From Paraspadella gotoi (taxonomy: Eukaryota > Animalia > Chaetognatha): DNA of 64,000 nucleotides. The translations under genes and the position numbers were made by a program. Below the pieces are notes generated by a model that was not told the DNA's origin, made no database searches, and saw nothing but the letters and a program-made list of their open reading frames with translations. This document shows, in pieces, positions 60,433 to 64,000 of this stretch (position 1 is the stretch's first letter; each line of letters starts with the position of its first letter). The stretch is from assembly GCA_051294375.1 (NCBI GenBank), contig CM119267.1:7354749-7418748 (forward strand), written 5' to 3'.

Positions 60433-63400
60433 ATGCCACCTAAAAGGAAACGAAGAAAGAAGAATAAACCTACCCCCAACACTCCCCCACCACCCCCCTT
60501 CATTCCACGGAGGAACGTCTACCCTCAGTCTCCGACCACCTTCTCGCCATCAACGCCTCCCGCGAATGTTCTCACGCGACGACGTCGCTTGCTCTCTCAT
60601 ATAGCACGGACAATTTCCTCGGAGCCAGAGGAGAAGAAGAGCGGCGCCTCAGAGAGCTATGTTTCGCCCTCTCCTCCATCGCTCACTCGGCGGTATCCAT
60701 CGCCTCTATCTCCAGTTCCTTTCTCTCTCGCATCATCGAAGAACGGCGATGGGACGAAAGACTCGTCGGAGAGAACGCCGCTAACGCCAACCAAAGTGAA
60801 GGAGGCGGCGCTGGACGGGAACGGAACGCCCACTCCTCCCAGGATGTTCGGGGGAGCCCTCTCGAAAGCATCGGCAAAAACCTCAGAGATATTGCCAGGG
60901 ACATCCAAAGAGAGTACGACATCTCGCGAGGCGATCGAAGAGAGGTTAGAAGAGAAGAAACTAGAAGAGCAGGAGGAGCGGGAGGACGATAGAGACGTCG
61001 AAGAAATAGAGCAAATGGAAGAAGCGAATTTGATGGCCCCTCACAAGTATTCACGTTTCGACGTAAAATGTAAAAGTTTAAGAGAAATGTTTTGCTTAAT
61101 CTGCAATTGGTACCTATCGAGGGAGGATTTCACGCTCATAAAACGTATAACGTAGAAACTAGACATTTAAAAAAGGAGATTTTTCCCTTAATCGCGAAAG
61201 AACTTAAAAAGAGAAAAATTATTAAGCTCCATCTCTGCTTTTTAGTACGATTCTTTAACGAGAAAGAAGGCTCTTACATTTCATTTTTCTTCGATCAAAA
61301 GTCAATAATATTGTACGAATCAGATTCCATCATGGAAATATTGGCGGCCGTAATGGCGAGATTGCATCATCAAATCGAGGATCGCATCGAATTAGGTTCG
61401 GATTTAGTCTACGATAAGATAGAGAGAGCCGACTTAACCCTCGCCAGTTTTCATCCTTCTTCGGGTGGGAAGTCATCTCTGTTCGGTTGCTTCATCCCTA
61501 CCCCGATTTGGTTATCGAAAAAAGCGCTGCGTTTGCAACGTTAAAAGTAAACATCCAGAATGTTTACATTTAGCTTTGTTAAGCTGTTTATACAAACCTC
61601 ACAGTCACAGAGAAAGGGCCAATAGTTACGTCAGATATCGACATTTGATAAAAATGGGCGACGTACCCTGCCCGGCTAAGCCATCTTCATTTTCTCAAGT
61701 GGAAAGACTGAACCCCGACATTTGCATCAACGTCTATGGAATTTTAAGTAAGAAGACAAAATCAAATAAGATTAAAAGAGTCATTTATCCTTATAGAATC
61801 TCTAAAAGAAATTCAGTCGACAACGTCAGAGTCTGTAACTTGCTTATTTTGAAAAAAGGAAAAAAAGGAGAAACATCTCAGCGCCATCTCGTATCTATTA
61901 CGGATTTTTCGAGACTAGTTTCGTCTCAATTTTGTTCTCGCAGAGGGAGACGTTTCGTTTGCGTCAAGTGTTTGTACAGTACGCAATCACCCAACGCCTT
62001 TTCTCTTCATTCTCGACTGTGTGGGCGAGAAACGGTGACGGCGCAGTTAGAGATTTACCCGGAAAAAAATACATTTTTACACTATGACGCGCGAGAAAAC
62101 TTTTTTCTTTCAGAATTTTGTTTCGTGGCCTACGCGGATTTCGAGACGAGACCCATCCCCGTTAAGACGGTAGAGAGAAGGGACGAGGCGGCGAATGGAA
62201 GACCAAATTGGTCATGGATCAAGTCTAAGCACGAAGCGGATCATGCAAAAACGTGCAAAAAATGTAGCGAGTTTCAACCGTGTTTGAAAATTAAAGAAAC
62301 GCAAAAAATTGTGGAAGAATTATCGGCCATCAGTTATAGTTATTTTATTAAATCGTCTTACCCTTTGGACAACTTTCCTATGAGAAAATATCTGGGTGAG
62401 AACGCCGCGTTAGAGTTCTTGCGTCAAGCCCGTCAAGATTCCATCATTATTGGTTGCCTCTTGCGTCAAAACGTGCCCATGATTATGACGCCATCTGACG
62501 AAGCCATCTACGCCATGGCAACCACCTGTCATTTTTGCGGAGAGAATTTTTTACCCAACGATCGCGTTTGTAAACATCACGACCATAGAAACGGGAAATT
62601 TGTGGGTAAAAGTCACGTGACCTGCAACGCAAAGAATCATTCGGCGGACAGATGGATCATGTACTTTCACAAGTAAGAAAGCTTTAAACGAATCTCGTTT
62701 ATTTTCAACTTTTTCGATGGTTAATTATTTTTTCTTTCCTCTACCCCTTTTTTCTATTTTCAGCGGAGCCAAATTCGATTGTAACTTGATCCTTCAAGCT
62801 TGCGCGTCGAAGGAAGCGAACAAACTAGTAAGAAATATTCGAAATGTCTTGGCAAAGGGAAACTCTTTTCAAACGATAGACATCAACTTTCTCTGCGAAC
62901 CTTGTTCGGAACGGATAGACGAGGAAGAGATCGTAGACGATGATGATGATGATGATTACGACGATGATTACGGTTTGGAGGACAAGGACGAGGAAGATGA
63001 TGATGATGATGACGATTCGGGAGGATTCGATGGTCATGGGTTTTCTGGAGGAGGAAGAAGAAGAAGAAGAGACAACGAATATTTTGCTTGCGATTGCTTT
63101 AAGATGGCTACTCTAACCATAAGAGACAGTTATAAGTTCTTAATATCGAGTTTGTCCAATTTGATCGATTCGCGCGTCGACGAATGCTTCAAGATCGAGT
63201 GTCCCGATTGCGACGGGTTTATGCGACAAGATTGCGACAGATGTCGCGGCAAGAGCCACCCATCCGAAATATTTCCGTTGACGGTCTCTCACGTGAAGAA
63301 AACGTTTGGTCGAGAAGAGCTATTCGACACCGTCTCTTTAAAAATGTGTATGCCATTTAAATATTTAAATTTGGAAACTCTCAAAGAAAAAAGTTTGCCC

Positions 63401-63574
63401 CCGAGAGAGAAATACTTTGACGAGTCGAAACAAAAGCTCATTTCGGAAGAGGATTACTTAAAGATTCGAGAAATATGGGATGCCTTGAAATTCGACAATT
63501 TAGGAGAGTTTCTTCTCTTTTATAACGTAAGATAATATTATTACACGAGAAAAATTGTAAGCTTTATTCTTTTT

Positions 63575-63614
<40 letters not shown>

Positions 63615-64000
63615 CAGGAACTCGACTGTACATTTTTGGGGGACGTATTCGAAAACTACAGAAAAGTAAACAGAGAATGTTTTCGGTTGGATCCGTGCTA
63701 TTACGTCTCGGGGCCCGCTTTAAAGTGAGTCGTGAAAATTTAATTTAATTTAATTAATTTAAATTTAAATTTAAATTTAAATTTAATTTACCCCTTTCTC
63801 TCTCTTTATTTTTTATTAGCCAAGATATCATGCTCCAATTCTCGAAAGTAAAGATCGAGTTGTTTTCTTCGGAAAGGCGTCAAGAATTTTTAGCTTTCGA
63901 ATCTATGCTCAGGTTAATGCCAAGAAAAATAGTTTTTTTCTTTTTTTAAAATTAAAGTAACGAACGAACGATCGAATAAATAATAATAATTAAACATACA
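60433..64000 (+). CDS. Protein-primed family B DNA polymerase (Polinton/adintovirus type with endonuclease VII-like Zn domain), spliced, truncated by the window
   Basis: INVYG, DFSRL, ExoI YADFET, CHFC..HHDHRNGKFVGKSHVTCN, ExoII YFHN|GAKFD, IRDSYKFL..SLSNL, LPPREKYF, ExoIII FYN|ELDC, DVFENYR..LDPCYY, FESMLR|. GT-AG introns at 62673-62763, 63527-63617, 63725-63819 and from 63913. Confidence 0.9.

Larger units (their letters stand above)
52863..64000. mobile_element. Polinton/Maverick-like endogenous DNA virus element, left arm (continues beyond the window)
   Basis: Protein-primed PolB gene, PC4-like and RING accessory genes, orphan ORFs, a divergent gene layout unlike the host run, and a terminal motif array starting AGAGATAG. 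No integrase, ATPase or capsid gene in the window; the left boundary is inferred. Confidence 0.7.

Noticed and set aside
1-64000. tRNA, rRNA or SL RNA genes
   Set aside because: None recognised by eye; a covariance-model search was not possible.

Overview
Compact animal (metazoan) genomic DNA with short GT-AG introns, in two parts. (1) Bases 1 to ~52,200 hold 20 consecutive genes, all on the minus strand. In transcription order: NitFhit, MECR, PLD6/zucchini, sestrin, PEX12, MRNIP, YAE1, a BTB-BACK-Kelch gene, ECI2, RRP15, an orphan ORF, POP4, CPLANE1, ARL6IP1, WASHC3, three selenocysteine GPx paralogues each with its own SECIS, an orphan membrane protein, and a FEN/XPG-type PIN nuclease fused to a TDRD9/spindle-E-like DExH helicase. 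Stop-to-start gaps are as short as 30 bp, with unpaired splice acceptors just before several ATGs, which points to a very large polycistronic, probably SL trans-spliced, unit. (2) From ~52,860 to the window end lies the left arm of an intron-rich Polinton/Maverick-like virus element: a CRE/ETS-motif repeat array, a mucin-like type I membrane protein whose tail carries VYQN and IYDEV motifs (Grb2/Nck-type, as in vaccinia A36 and EPEC Tir), a spliced Sina-type RING gene, a tandem PC4-like gene, small orphan ORFs and a spliced protein-primed family B DNA polymerase. All gene calls come from recalled family motifs and manual splicing, not database searches. Several frameshifts sit in homopolymer runs and may be assembly errors.
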